From an uncultured delta proteobacterium (GTDB lineage Bacteria > Desulfobacterota > Binatia > UBA9968), in contig CAVXEP010000019.1 in the NCBI GenBank assembly GCA_963760795.1, positions 1 to 64,000 of the forward strand: a stretch of DNA of 64,000 nt, written 5' to 3'. The stretch's first letter is position 1; every line of letters starts with the position of its first letter. Below the pieces are notes generated by a model. The model did no database searches and was not told the DNA's origin. It worked only from the letters and a program-made list of their open reading frames with translations. This document shows positions 20,519-31,834 of the stretch, piece by piece. Both the position numbers and the translations under genes were made by a program.

Positions 20519-21520
20519 CTATTGTTTTAACCGCCCTTCGTTTTTCAACTCCTGCTGCGCCTGTTTGAGAATCCGATCGTTGACGACCCGGTCGAGGGTG
20601 AATTTTTTGTCGACCAAGCCGGTGCGGTGGTCGTCGTCGAGCATGGTTTGAATGCCGTCCCAGGCCACCGACATATCGGCGGCGTAACCGGGGCTAAACA
20701 GATCGTAAGAACGCTGGACGATTTCCGGGTCGCCCTGCAAGCCGGCTGCGAAGCCGATCTTGATCGCTTCCTGTTTGTTGAACTTGGCGAATTGCATGCC
20801 GAGAATCAGCGCCTTTAAGAACCGCTTGGTCGTATCCGGGCTTTTCTCCAGCATCTCGCCGCGGCTGACGTAGACGCTCTGGGGCACGCGCAGGGCCTCA
20901 TTGAAATTCGCGATCATGGCGAAGCCCTTGTCGAGCAGTTTGACGGTGTCTTCGGCGGAAAAGGGCGCGGCGGCGATCAGTCCTTTTTCCAACGCGCTGG
21001 CGCGCACCACGGTTTGACCGATTGAGCGCAAGGTGACGTCTTTATCGGGTTCGAGGTTGTTGCGTTTGAGATAGAGCCTAACGGTGAAATCGGAAAAGGA
21101 CCCAGCGCCAGTGATGCCGACAATCTTGCCGCGCAGGTCTTCGATCCGTTTGATGTCTTTGTTGCCGATGAGCGTGTAGTTGGTGTAGTTCGACGTCGAA
21201 GCGATGATGTTCATGTCAAGGCCGCGTGCTTTACTGCGGATCGCCGCCTGGGCGCCGCCGATGGTGGCGAAGTCGATGTTTCCCGACACCAGTGCCATGA
21301 CTGCCGTTGGGCCGCCACTGACGAAGATTTGCTCTACGGTGAGACCCTGATCGCGGAAGTAGCCGCGGTGATTGGCGACGCGGAAAGGCAGCTGGGCATT
21401 CCACGCCAAGCTGACGAAGACGACACGGAGGTTTTTCTTTTCCTGGCCCCACGCGAGCTGGGCGGATAGGAGCGACAGGACCAATAGAACGGGTAGCATT
21501 CTGCAACAGCGAGAGTACAT
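20519..21520 (-). CDS. NMT1/SsuA-type ABC substrate-binding protein
   Basis: Signal peptide, RGYFRDQGL, DLRGKIVGI. Confidence 0.9.
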   Translation of the reverse strand: MYSRCCRMLPVLLVLSLLSAQLAWGQEKKNLRVVFVSLAWNAQLPFRVANHRGYFRDQGLTVEQIFVSGGPTAVMALVSGNIDFATIGGAQAAIRSKARGLDMNIIASTSNYTNYTLIGNKDIKRIEDLRGKIVGITGAGSFSDFTVRLYLKRNNLEPDKDVTLRSIGQTVVRASALEKGLIAAAPFSAEDTVKLLDKGFAMIANFNEALRVPQSVYVSRGEMLEKSPDTTKRFLKALILGMQFAKFNKQEAIKIGFAAGLQGDPEIVQRSYDLFSPGYAADMSVAWDGIQTMLDDDHRTGLVDKKFTLDRVVNDRILKQAQQELKNEGRLKQ

Positions 21521-21534
21521 CGTTGAGCCCTGTG

Positions 21535-22503
21535 CTAGCGTTTGCGTTCCAACTCTTCTTTGACTTCCGCGGCGAGCTTCAGCGACAGGAACTTTTCCGG
21601 CGCGACATCTTCTTTGATTTTGAGCGGCGCTTTGACGTCGAACTCGATGACGTTCTTGATCCCTTGCGCCGATGGCACGCCGGGAATGCCGTCGGGCAAG
21701 GCGCGCACGAAGCGGCGGATGCCTTCGATGACGATGGGCCGGCTCGGGCTGCCCATGGGAATTTTCTTCATAGCGATGTCGGCGGCCTCTTCCGGCCGCT
21801 CGCGGATGAACATGAGCGCGCGCATCATGGCGCGCAGCCAGCGTTTGATATCGCCGGGCCGCTTGGCGATCTTCTCATCGCTGGCCATGAAGCCTTGAAA
21901 CGGGTAGGGAAACAGGTCACCTAAAAATGTCAGCGTGCGCAAGCCTTCTTTTTCAGCGATCAACGCTTCGTCGCCGTTGACTGTGGCGGCCTGGATCGCG
22001 CCCGACTTCAGTCCCAAAATGGTCGTGGTGGTCGAGCGCGACGGCATGGCGACGCGGATCAGATCGCGCGGCCCAACGCCGTTGCGTTCGGCGTAGGCCG
22101 TAATCAAAGCGTCCTGGGTGTCGCCGACGGTGCCGACCGCGACGCGCTTACCTTTGAGATCGGCACCCTTGGCGATCTCCGGCGCGGCGATCAAGTACCA
22201 GGTCACTTTCTCGGTCTGGAACATCACCGCTTTGATCGGCGCGCCGCGCAGCGCCGCGCGCATGCCGGTGCCGCCGGCACCGCTATAGTCGACCTCGCCG
22301 CTGACCAAGGCGGCGATGGCGCTGCTGCCGGGAATGACGATGGTTTCGTTTTCCAAATTCTCATCGCGAAAGTAGCCTTTGACCTCGGCCACCGGCACGC
22401 TCAGATAGTTCAACGTGGCGCGCGGAATGACCGTACGCACACGCTCGGCATTAATATTAGTCGGTGCGAGAAGCGCAAAGGCGAAGACGATGGCTAGTTT
22501 CAT
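21535..22503 (-). CDS. NMT1/SsuA-type ABC substrate-binding protein
   Basis: Close paralogue of 1999-2988 (LNYLSV, QTEK, GIPGVPSA). Confidence 0.9.
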   Translation of the reverse strand: MKLAIVFAFALLAPTNINAERVRTVIPRATLNYLSVPVAEVKGYFRDENLENETIVIPGSSAIAALVSGEVDYSGAGGTGMRAALRGAPIKAVMFQTEKVTWYLIAAPEIAKGADLKGKRVAVGTVGDTQDALITAYAERNGVGPRDLIRVAMPSRSTTTTILGLKSGAIQAATVNGDEALIAEKEGLRTLTFLGDLFPYPFQGFMASDEKIAKRPGDIKRWLRAMMRALMFIRERPEEAADIAMKKIPMGSPSRPIVIEGIRRFVRALPDGIPGVPSAQGIKNVIEFDVKAPLKIKEDVAPEKFLSLKLAAEVKEELERKR

Positions 22504-22513
22504 GGTATTGCCC

Positions 22514-23482
22514 TCAGCGCGCGTTTTCGCGCCGGACCTCTTCGAGGACGCGGAAGTCGACGATCTTGTTCAACGCGATGTCACCGATGCTTTTGTCGGA
22601 GTTCTGGATCAATTTGATATGGACCTTCAGGCCGGCGTCGGACGAGGCGCCGTCGCGGCTGGCGGCCTTCATGATCGATTGATAGGAGTCGCGCGCCGTC
22701 GCCGCATCGAGCTTCCATTCGCGCTCGACGATCTTGATCGACTCTTCAGGGTTGTCCCGGGAGAACAGCAGGCCGCGGTAAAAGGCGCGCAGCAGCCGCT
22801 TCACTTGATCGCGATTGTCCGCCAGCCGGCGCTCGGTGGTGGTAAAGCCGTTACTGGGAAACTCCATGGCGTCGCCAAGAAACAGCAACTCGCGAAAGCC
22901 TTTTTGCTTGAGCATGGAGTTGTCCGGCGGATTGGCGATGTTGGCGTCCACCGAGCCGGCGATGAGCGCGGCGTTGCGCGTGTTGCCCAGGCCGATCATG
23001 ATCAAGACGACATCTTTCTGCGGATCGAGGCCGTTGGCTTGGAGCGCGACTCGGGCGGCTAGGTCAGTGGTGCCGCCGAAACGGCTGACGGCGACTAATT
23101 TGCCGCGCAGCTCGCTGACCGATTTGATCGTCGGTTTGGACATGACGAAATAATTCGGCAGCCGGGCGCTGAAAAAGATCGACTTCAATGGCGCGCCTTT
23201 GGCCGCCAAGCGCAGCGCCGAGTCGGCGACACCGTGGTATTCCACTTCGCCGCTAAGCAGCGCGTTGTGAGCGATGTTAGGCAGCAGCGCCGGCAGTTCG
23301 AGTTCGATATTTTCGTCTTTGAGAAAACCGCGGTGCAGGGCGATGAACATGGGCAGATAACCCATGGAGCGCGACGGCAGCGCGAGACGGACTTTTTCCG
23401 CCGAGGCAAAGTTTGTTGTCGCCACGAAGCTTAGCACAAGGGTAAGGATTACGTTCAAGCCGTAGAGAAATTTGCGAGTCAT
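22514..23482 (-). CDS. NMT1/SsuA-type ABC substrate-binding protein
   Basis: Signal peptide, RGFLKDENIE, ELRGKLVAVSRFGG. Confidence 0.9.
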   Translation of the reverse strand: MTRKFLYGLNVILTLVLSFVATTNFASAEKVRLALPSRSMGYLPMFIALHRGFLKDENIELELPALLPNIAHNALLSGEVEYHGVADSALRLAAKGAPLKSIFFSARLPNYFVMSKPTIKSVSELRGKLVAVSRFGGTTDLAARVALQANGLDPQKDVVLIMIGLGNTRNAALIAGSVDANIANPPDNSMLKQKGFRELLFLGDAMEFPSNGFTTTERRLADNRDQVKRLLRAFYRGLLFSRDNPEESIKIVEREWKLDAATARDSYQSIMKAASRDGASSDAGLKVHIKLIQNSDKSIGDIALNKIVDFRVLEEVRRENAR

Positions 23483-23633
23483 GAGCTGCGGCCGTGTCCG
23501 GCGTCGAATTTGCGCTAGTATAACCAGAACTTGGTATGAAGCAACTCAGCTGACCGTGCGATTTGCCGTGGAATTCCGCCGCCGCCGAGATTAGAATACG
23601 ACGATCACCCGAGATCTGAGTGGAGGACTGAAT

Positions 23634-24620
23634 ATGACATTGGGGCGTGTGTTGGTCGAGGAGTTTCAACCGGAAGTTTTGCAATGGTTGCGCGAGCGGG
23701 TTGACCTGGTGGTGGTCAATCCTTGGGTCGAGCCGCAGCGCTGGGATATCGAAGCGGCGCGCGTCGACGCGGTGATCAGCCGCAAGGGCCAAATCACCCG
23801 CGAGCATATGGAAAAGGGCGGCGGGCGTTTGAAAATTATCGCCCGCACCGGCGTTGGTGTCGATCCGTCGCGGGTCGACTTGGAGGCGGCCAAGGAACTC
23901 AAAGTCTGGGTGACCAACCAGCCGGGCAGCAACGCCGTCTCGGTCGCCGAGTTGGTGTTTGGCCAGATGATCGCGTTGGTGCGCCATACTCATGCGGCCG
24001 ACCGCGCGGTCAAAGACAATCGCTGGAGCGATTATCTAAAATTCATCGGCACCGAGCTCGCAGGCAAATCCCTCGGCATCGTCGGCATGGGCAACATCGG
24101 CGCGCGCATGGCGATCCGGGCGCGCGCCTTCGAGATGGAGTTTCTCGTCTACGACCCATATATCCCTGAGTCCCATGTGACCGCGCTGGGCGGCAAGTGG
24201 GTTGGGCTTATCGAGCTTCTCTCAGACGGGGATTTCGTCACGATCCACTGCCCGCTCAACCGCGAGACCCGCGACATGATCGGCGCCAAGGAATTGGCGC
24301 TGATGAAACCCTCGGCATTTCTCATCAATATGGCGCGCGGCGGCATCGTCGACGAAGCCGCGCTGTGGCAGACCTTGCAGCAGGGCAAGATTGCCGGTGC
24401 GGCATTGGACGTGATCGCCAGCGAACCGCCGGCCAAGGACCATCCGCTGTTCAAGCTCGACAATGTTCTGTGGACGCCGCATTTGGGCGCGGTGACGCTG
24501 GAAGCTTCCGAGCGCGGCGAGTGGGGTGCGGCGCAAGAAGTCATTCGCGTGCTCGAAAGCAAACGGCCGAAGAATCCGGTGGTGGACGCGGATGAAGCGA
24601 GATTGCCGCTGCCGGCGTAA
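23634..24620 (+). CDS. D-isomer-specific 2-hydroxyacid dehydrogenase (SerA-like, no ACT domain)
   Basis: GIVGMGNIG, HCPL, LINMARG, TPHLG. Confidence 0.92.
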   Translation: MTLGRVLVEEFQPEVLQWLRERVDLVVVNPWVEPQRWDIEAARVDAVISRKGQITREHMEKGGGRLKIIARTGVGVDPSRVDLEAAKELKVWVTNQPGSNAVSVAELVFGQMIALVRHTHAADRAVKDNRWSDYLKFIGTELAGKSLGIVGMGNIGARMAIRARAFEMEFLVYDPYIPESHVTALGGKWVGLIELLSDGDFVTIHCPLNRETRDMIGAKELALMKPSAFLINMARGGIVDEAALWQTLQQGKIAGAALDVIASEPPAKDHPLFKLDNVLWTPHLGAVTLEASERGEWGAAQEVIRVLESKRPKNPVVDADEARLPLPA

Positions 24621-24667
24621 ACAAAACCGTAGACGCCTCGACGCCTCGCCTACCCCTTACGTTTGTC

Positions 24668-25738
24668 TTACCTCTTCAGAGCTTTTTCCAGTCGCGCTTT
24701 GATCGCCGGCGGCATGGCGAGGAAGTCGCGGACGATTTTATCAATCGACTCGGCGAAGATCGGCGTGATTTCCAACTTGCCTTTTTCCGCTTCAGCCAAG
24801 AACGATTTGTCGGTGAGAGTCTTAGCAAAGGCCGCTTCCAAAGCCGCGGCGCGGTCGGCGGGCACGCCCAGCGGCAACATATACACTTTGCCGAACTGAT
24901 TGGGCGCGCTGGTGCCGTAGCGTAATAACAGTCGCTGGTTTTCGTTTTTGGTTAGTTCAGGGATAGTCGGAATATTATTTGCCGGCAGATCGGGCAAGGG
25001 TTGATCGGCGAGTTGGGCGATGACCGACCATTCGCCGCTTTTGAATTTATCCAGTGAACTCGGTTTGACCGTGCTCCAGGGATTGAAAAAACCACCGATC
25101 TCGCCCGAGTCGATGGCCAAGCGGATATCGGCGCTGCCTTTGTAACCTGAGACGACTTTCACATTGGCGTCCAACGTCTCGCGCAACAGGATCGGCGCAT
25201 GTTCCAGGGTCGAGTTGGGGATAGCACCCAGGGTCAGATGTTTGGCAGTGTTTCCAACCAGGTCGCTGAATTTAGCTATGCCCGATTGGCGCGTGACGAT
25301 CATGACATAGGTTTCGTTCACCGGCACGGCTAGATAACGGAACTTGGCCATATCGAAATGAACGCCTGGATTGGCGAAGAGCTGTTCCATAATCACCGCG
25401 CCGTTGAGCATGCCGATCTCGCTGCCGTCCCTGGCGCCGCTATTGAATATATAATTGCCGGCGATGATGCTGCCGGCGCCGGGCATGTTGGCCACGGCGA
25501 TGGTGGGGTTGCCGGGGATAAAGCGGCCGAGGTGGCGCGCGATCAATCGTGAATATACGTCGGCGCCGCCGCCGGGTGGGAAGCCGACGACGATGCGGAC
25601 GACTTTGCCGCGGTAGAAGTTAGCCACCGTATGCTCGTCGAATTTTTGCGGCTTCACTTGAGCCGCGACGAGGGATTCTACATGGGCTGAACAATTTAAC
25701 AGGAACAGCGCGGCGGTAAGCAACAAGAACCTACGCAT
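24668..25738 (-). CDS. Bug/TctC tripartite tricarboxylate transporter binding protein
   Basis: FYRGKVVRIVVGFPPGGGAD, NMPGAGS, GYKGSADIRLA. Confidence 0.88.
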   Translation of the reverse strand: MRRFLLLTAALFLLNCSAHVESLVAAQVKPQKFDEHTVANFYRGKVVRIVVGFPPGGGADVYSRLIARHLGRFIPGNPTIAVANMPGAGSIIAGNYIFNSGARDGSEIGMLNGAVIMEQLFANPGVHFDMAKFRYLAVPVNETYVMIVTRQSGIAKFSDLVGNTAKHLTLGAIPNSTLEHAPILLRETLDANVKVVSGYKGSADIRLAIDSGEIGGFFNPWSTVKPSSLDKFKSGEWSVIAQLADQPLPDLPANNIPTIPELTKNENQRLLLRYGTSAPNQFGKVYMLPLGVPADRAAALEAAFAKTLTDKSFLAEAEKGKLEITPIFAESIDKIVRDFLAMPPAIKARLEKALKR

Positions 25739-25804
25739 GAGGGGCAGCTGCAACGATTTGCGGTCGAACGAGTGACGCGGATCGAACTGACGAACACGAC
25801 GACG

Positions 25805-26515
25805 CTAGCGTAGTTTGGCCGTGCCGACGTGGACTCTACCATCGCTCTGAAACTTAACGACGTTGACAGTGCCGGTGTATTCGGGCGAGCCGGAGTAGTG
25901 TGCGTGAACGTCGCCGTTGCCGACCGCAATGGACTGATTCCAATGGCCGAGGGCGACATAGTCGGCGCCGGTGGCGAGCAGCTCCTCGCGATGGATCAGC
26001 CAGGAGCCGATCAGGCGGTTAGGATCGCGCGCTTCATCGACATAGTGGCCATGGGCGGCGGCAAGCTGCCAGCGCGTGCTGCGCGGCTGGGGATTAGCCA
26101 GCGGCGACATGTCGGTATAGTCGACATGGGCGTGGCCCCAGATCTCCAAATCGAACTCGGGGAACATGACAGACTTGCCGCAGTTCAAGCCGAGAATATT
26201 GACATTGGCGACGTCGGCCAGGCCACCGCGCCGATAGACTGAATCTGGCGTCAGCGGGTCGTGGTTGCCAGGTAAAATCACCACGCGCTTGCCGTAATCG
26301 CGCAGGATTCCCGCCGCGCGCTCTAGCAAGTCGACAGGTTGGCGGTGATTGTCGAAAGAGTCGCCGGCGAGCAGGACGATGTCGGCATCGACCTCGTTGG
26401 CCGCGGCCAAAACTTGCGGCAAGACCGCTAAACGGTCTTTTTCACTGAAGCTGTCGTCGGTGCCGAGGTGCAGATCCGAGCTATGAACAATAGTCACTTC
26501 TGGGTGCGTTGCCAT
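25805..26515 (-). CDS. Mre11/SbcD-like metallophosphoesterase (nuclease domain only)
   Basis: SDLHLG, AGDSFD, PGNHD, AAHGH, DYVALGHW, YSGSPE. Confidence 0.85.
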   Translation of the reverse strand: MATHPEVTIVHSSDLHLGTDDSFSEKDRLAVLPQVLAAANEVDADIVLLAGDSFDNHRQPVDLLERAAGILRDYGKRVVILPGNHDPLTPDSVYRRGGLADVANVNILGLNCGKSVMFPEFDLEIWGHAHVDYTDMSPLANPQPRSTRWQLAAAHGHYVDEARDPNRLIGSWLIHREELLATGADYVALGHWNQSIAVGNGDVHAHYSGSPEYTGTVNVVKFQSDGRVHVGTAKLR

Positions 26516-26591
26516 TTTTAGCCGTCCGGTTGCCGAGAATTTACGAAACCGTAACAAAAGCGCCGGGAAAAGAAAAGCCAGCGGTAGAAAT

Positions 26592-26620
26592 GCAACGGGC
26601 CGCTGAGCGCGGCCCGTTGC
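26592..26620 (-). terminator. 12-bp hairpin downstream of 26654-26953
   Basis: gcaacgggccgc-tgagc-gcggcccgttgc; short U tract on minus strand. Confidence 0.65.
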
Positions 26621-26653
26621 TGGGTTGATTTGGAGGGTAATTCCGAGAAATGC

Positions 26654-26953
26654 TTACTTGGTCTTGGTGGCGTCGACCTTCGTCTTGTCCACAGCTTTGG
26701 CCGTGCTCTTCGACTCGATACTAGTGGCAATCATCTTGTATTTGATCATAACGCGATCGCCTTTTTTGATTTCACCGGTCGCTTTGGTATCTTTGTCGCG
26801 GGCGATTTCCCAATCCTCGGTGCCTTTTTTAACGATGATATGGTCGTCTTTCACCTCCACAACCGGGCCGGTGACTTGGTAATCCTTGGCCAATGCGAGC
26901 GAGGCGCTCGCAACAAACGCGGCGACGACGAATAAACCGAGCAATTTCTTCAT
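26654..26953 (-). CDS. small secreted protein, possibly OB-fold
   Basis: Signal peptide, YQVTGPVVEV...WEIARD...IKKGDRV; strong GGAGG SD. Confidence 0.85.
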   Translation of the reverse strand: MKKLLGLFVVAAFVASASLALAKDYQVTGPVVEVKDDHIIVKKGTEDWEIARDKDTKATGEIKKGDRVMIKYKMIATSIESKSTAKAVDKTKVDATKTK

Positions 26954-27191
26954 CTATCAATCCTCCTTGGATTTGTTTTGCGGTAAATTCTTTTACGCGC
27001 TCATGCGGCCCCTCCAACACGCATGAACTACTCAACCAATAGTATAGACGAAGATACCTGATGGTGATTCAAAGTTACAGTGCAATCCGTACGGACTCTC
27101 ACGAATAGTTCCACTTGGTCGCGGCCGAAGCGCCGAATGACGCCAGTCTGAGGCAGCTGATCGTATTTCGCGCGGGCGGAGGGTTGTAGGC

Positions 27192-27230
27192 AAAAAAAAG
27201 AGCAAGGCGGAGAGGGCCACCTTGCTCTTT
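27192..27230 (-). terminator. intrinsic terminator with CCCUCU loop
   Basis: Minus strand aaagagcaagg-tgg-ccctct-ccg-ccttgctc followed by U8. Confidence 0.88.
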
Positions 27231-27249
27231 AATCAATCTAGTAGAAAGA

Positions 27250-27501
27250 TTACTTGCTGGCTTTCTTCTCGTCGCTCTTGGCGTCGCCTTTGGTGTCGCC
27301 GGCTTTTGCCTTGGAATCACCCTTAGTGTCGCCCTTGGCGTCGCTCTTGGCGTCGCTCTTGGCATCACCCTTGGTCTCGCCGGCTTTTGCCTTGGCATCG
27401 GCCTTGGCTGGGTCAGTCTTTTTCTCTTCCTTGGTCTCGGCCGCCAAGGCCGCCGAAGCTAAAAACATCGATGTAACAAATACGCTCAAAAATCTTTTCA
27501 C
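27250..27501 (-). CDS. small secreted low-complexity Lys/Asp/Ala-rich protein
   Basis: GTG start with AAGGGGG SD; signal peptide then K(G/S)D(A/T/S) tetrapeptide repeats. Confidence 0.8.
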   Translation of the reverse strand: MKRFLSVFVTSMFLASAALAAETKEEKKTDPAKADAKAKAGETKGDAKSDAKSDAKGDTKGDSKAKAGDTKGDAKSDEKKASK

Positions 27502-27720
27502 TAATGATTCCCCCTTAAAAAATTTGTTGTTCCTACTTGAACAAAGCGTTGAGGTCGAGCCCTCCACTCGACCTAAACGCATTCGTTCTGGTGACTTGGA
27601 CGAGTGCTACCGGCTTTCCATTCACACGGGATGAGTCTATATATGAAACGGCTTGAAATAGCGCAACTTAAATGACACCCGCCTATGAGCCTAAGTCCTT
27701 GAAATTTAGGAGGTATTTCC

Positions 27721-29178
<1,458 letters not shown>

Positions 29179-29185
29179 GATAGAT

Positions 29186-29286
29186 TGGCCGCAAAGAACG
29201 CAAAAAACACAAAAAGGATTTCTGACTCGCGGGCAGGTTGCAAAGCAGCCCTCTTACTTTTGCGTTCTCGGCGTACTTTGCGGCCA
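29186..29286. repeat. palindromic 9-mer tandem element between convergent genes
   Basis: TGGCCGCAAAG aacgcaaaa ... tgcgttctcggcgta CTTTGCGGCCA terminal inverted repeats. Confidence 0.85.
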
Positions 29287-29294
29287 TTCCCCTC

Positions 29295-30467
29295 TTATGG
29301 TCTTTCCACCGGCAACGGTTCGTAGATCATGTCGCCGCGGATGGCGTAGACGGGTGTGATGGTTTGATGGGCGGGGATCATGCCTTTTTGCGAGTCGAGC
29401 GCTTGCCACTCTCGGTCTTCGATCTTTAAGACAGAAATTTCCGCCTGATCGCCGACGCGCAGGGTGCCTAGCTGCCCCGTTCGGCCTAGGAGCTTGGCGG
29501 CGTTGGCCGTCGCCATTTCGACCACCTGATTCAGGGTAAATCCCAGCGCCATGAGTTTCGCCATGGTCGTCGGCAGATCGTAAACCGGGCCCGCGCGGTT
29601 GCCGCGGTGGCCGTCGGTGGACACGCCGTCGGGGTGAAGCCCCTGATCGAGTACTTTGCGGGCAACGTCGAAGTTCAAATTATGCAGGCCATGGCCCACG
29701 TCCATGAGCACGCCGGTTGCCTTGGCGTCGCGCACCTGGGGCCACAGTTTGCCATTGGCGTCGAGCAGGCCGCCGGGATGCACCGTGAACATATGGGTGA
29801 TGATGTCGCCGGGCACGAGATACTTGAGCACGTCGCCGATCGCCACCGGCTCGGTACCCTTGGTCCAGCTTTCGCCGACATGAATTAGCAAGGGTATCTT
29901 AAGCGTATCGCCGAGCTTGCGGGCGCGCTCCAGGGGCTTTAGCCCCTGCGCGCCAAGCGCGCCGCCGGTGGCCATGATCTTGATGCCGACGATCATGTCG
30001 CGATTGGCTTCGACCGCCTGCTCGATCTTTGCTTCGTCGATCAGGCGCGGATCGGCGAGGATGCTGTAGCCGGGGCCGCTGACGCCGCCGAGGGTCGACA
30101 GATTGATATAGTTCAGCACCCGCGTCTTGGCGTTGTCGGTGACGTAATTACGAAAAACATTGAGCAACGTATGCCCGGCGCTGCCGGCGTCGACTACCGT
30201 CGTGACCCCCGATCCGACACCGAAGATATCCGGATCGACGCCAAAGGCGCCGAGCCCTTTCATCAAGTGTAAATGAACGTCGATCAAGCCCGGCGTGACG
30301 ATGCAGTCTTTGGCGTCGATGACGGATACACCGTTAGCGTCGAGATTCGCGCCGATCGCTTCGATCTTGCCGTCGATGACGCGAATGTCCAACGCGCCAT
30401 TTTTGCCGCTCGCCGGATCGATGAGTCGGCCGCCTTTTATCAGATAGTTGGCTAGCTGTTGATTCAT
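29295..30467 (-). CDS. amidohydrolase/deacetylase family metallohydrolase (dihydroorotase-like)
   Basis: PGLIDVHLH, GVTTVVDAGSAG, DVGHG, STD. Confidence 0.88.
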   Translation of the reverse strand: MNQQLANYLIKGGRLIDPASGKNGALDIRVIDGKIEAIGANLDANGVSVIDAKDCIVTPGLIDVHLHLMKGLGAFGVDPDIFGVGSGVTTVVDAGSAGHTLLNVFRNYVTDNAKTRVLNYINLSTLGGVSGPGYSILADPRLIDEAKIEQAVEANRDMIVGIKIMATGGALGAQGLKPLERARKLGDTLKIPLLIHVGESWTKGTEPVAIGDVLKYLVPGDIITHMFTVHPGGLLDANGKLWPQVRDAKATGVLMDVGHGLHNLNFDVARKVLDQGLHPDGVSTDGHRGNRAGPVYDLPTTMAKLMALGFTLNQVVEMATANAAKLLGRTGQLGTLRVGDQAEISVLKIEDREWQALDSQKGMIPAHQTITPVYAIRGDMIYEPLPVERP

Positions 30468-30550
30468 GACAACGTCCCTTCTCGATTACGCTGAACGGAT
30501 CGAGTTCACTGCGAGGTGAACACGAGCCACGAACCCGATCACGGCTATGC

Positions 30551-31726
<1,176 letters not shown>

Positions 31727-31834
31727 TGATAATGACTCCGAGACTTTTGTAGTTGAACTCTTGGATTCTAGCACAGAGCCTTGATCATACGGAACGCAAG
31801 CGAGGTTGGGACTGCGAGCCCTTATTCTTCGGCG

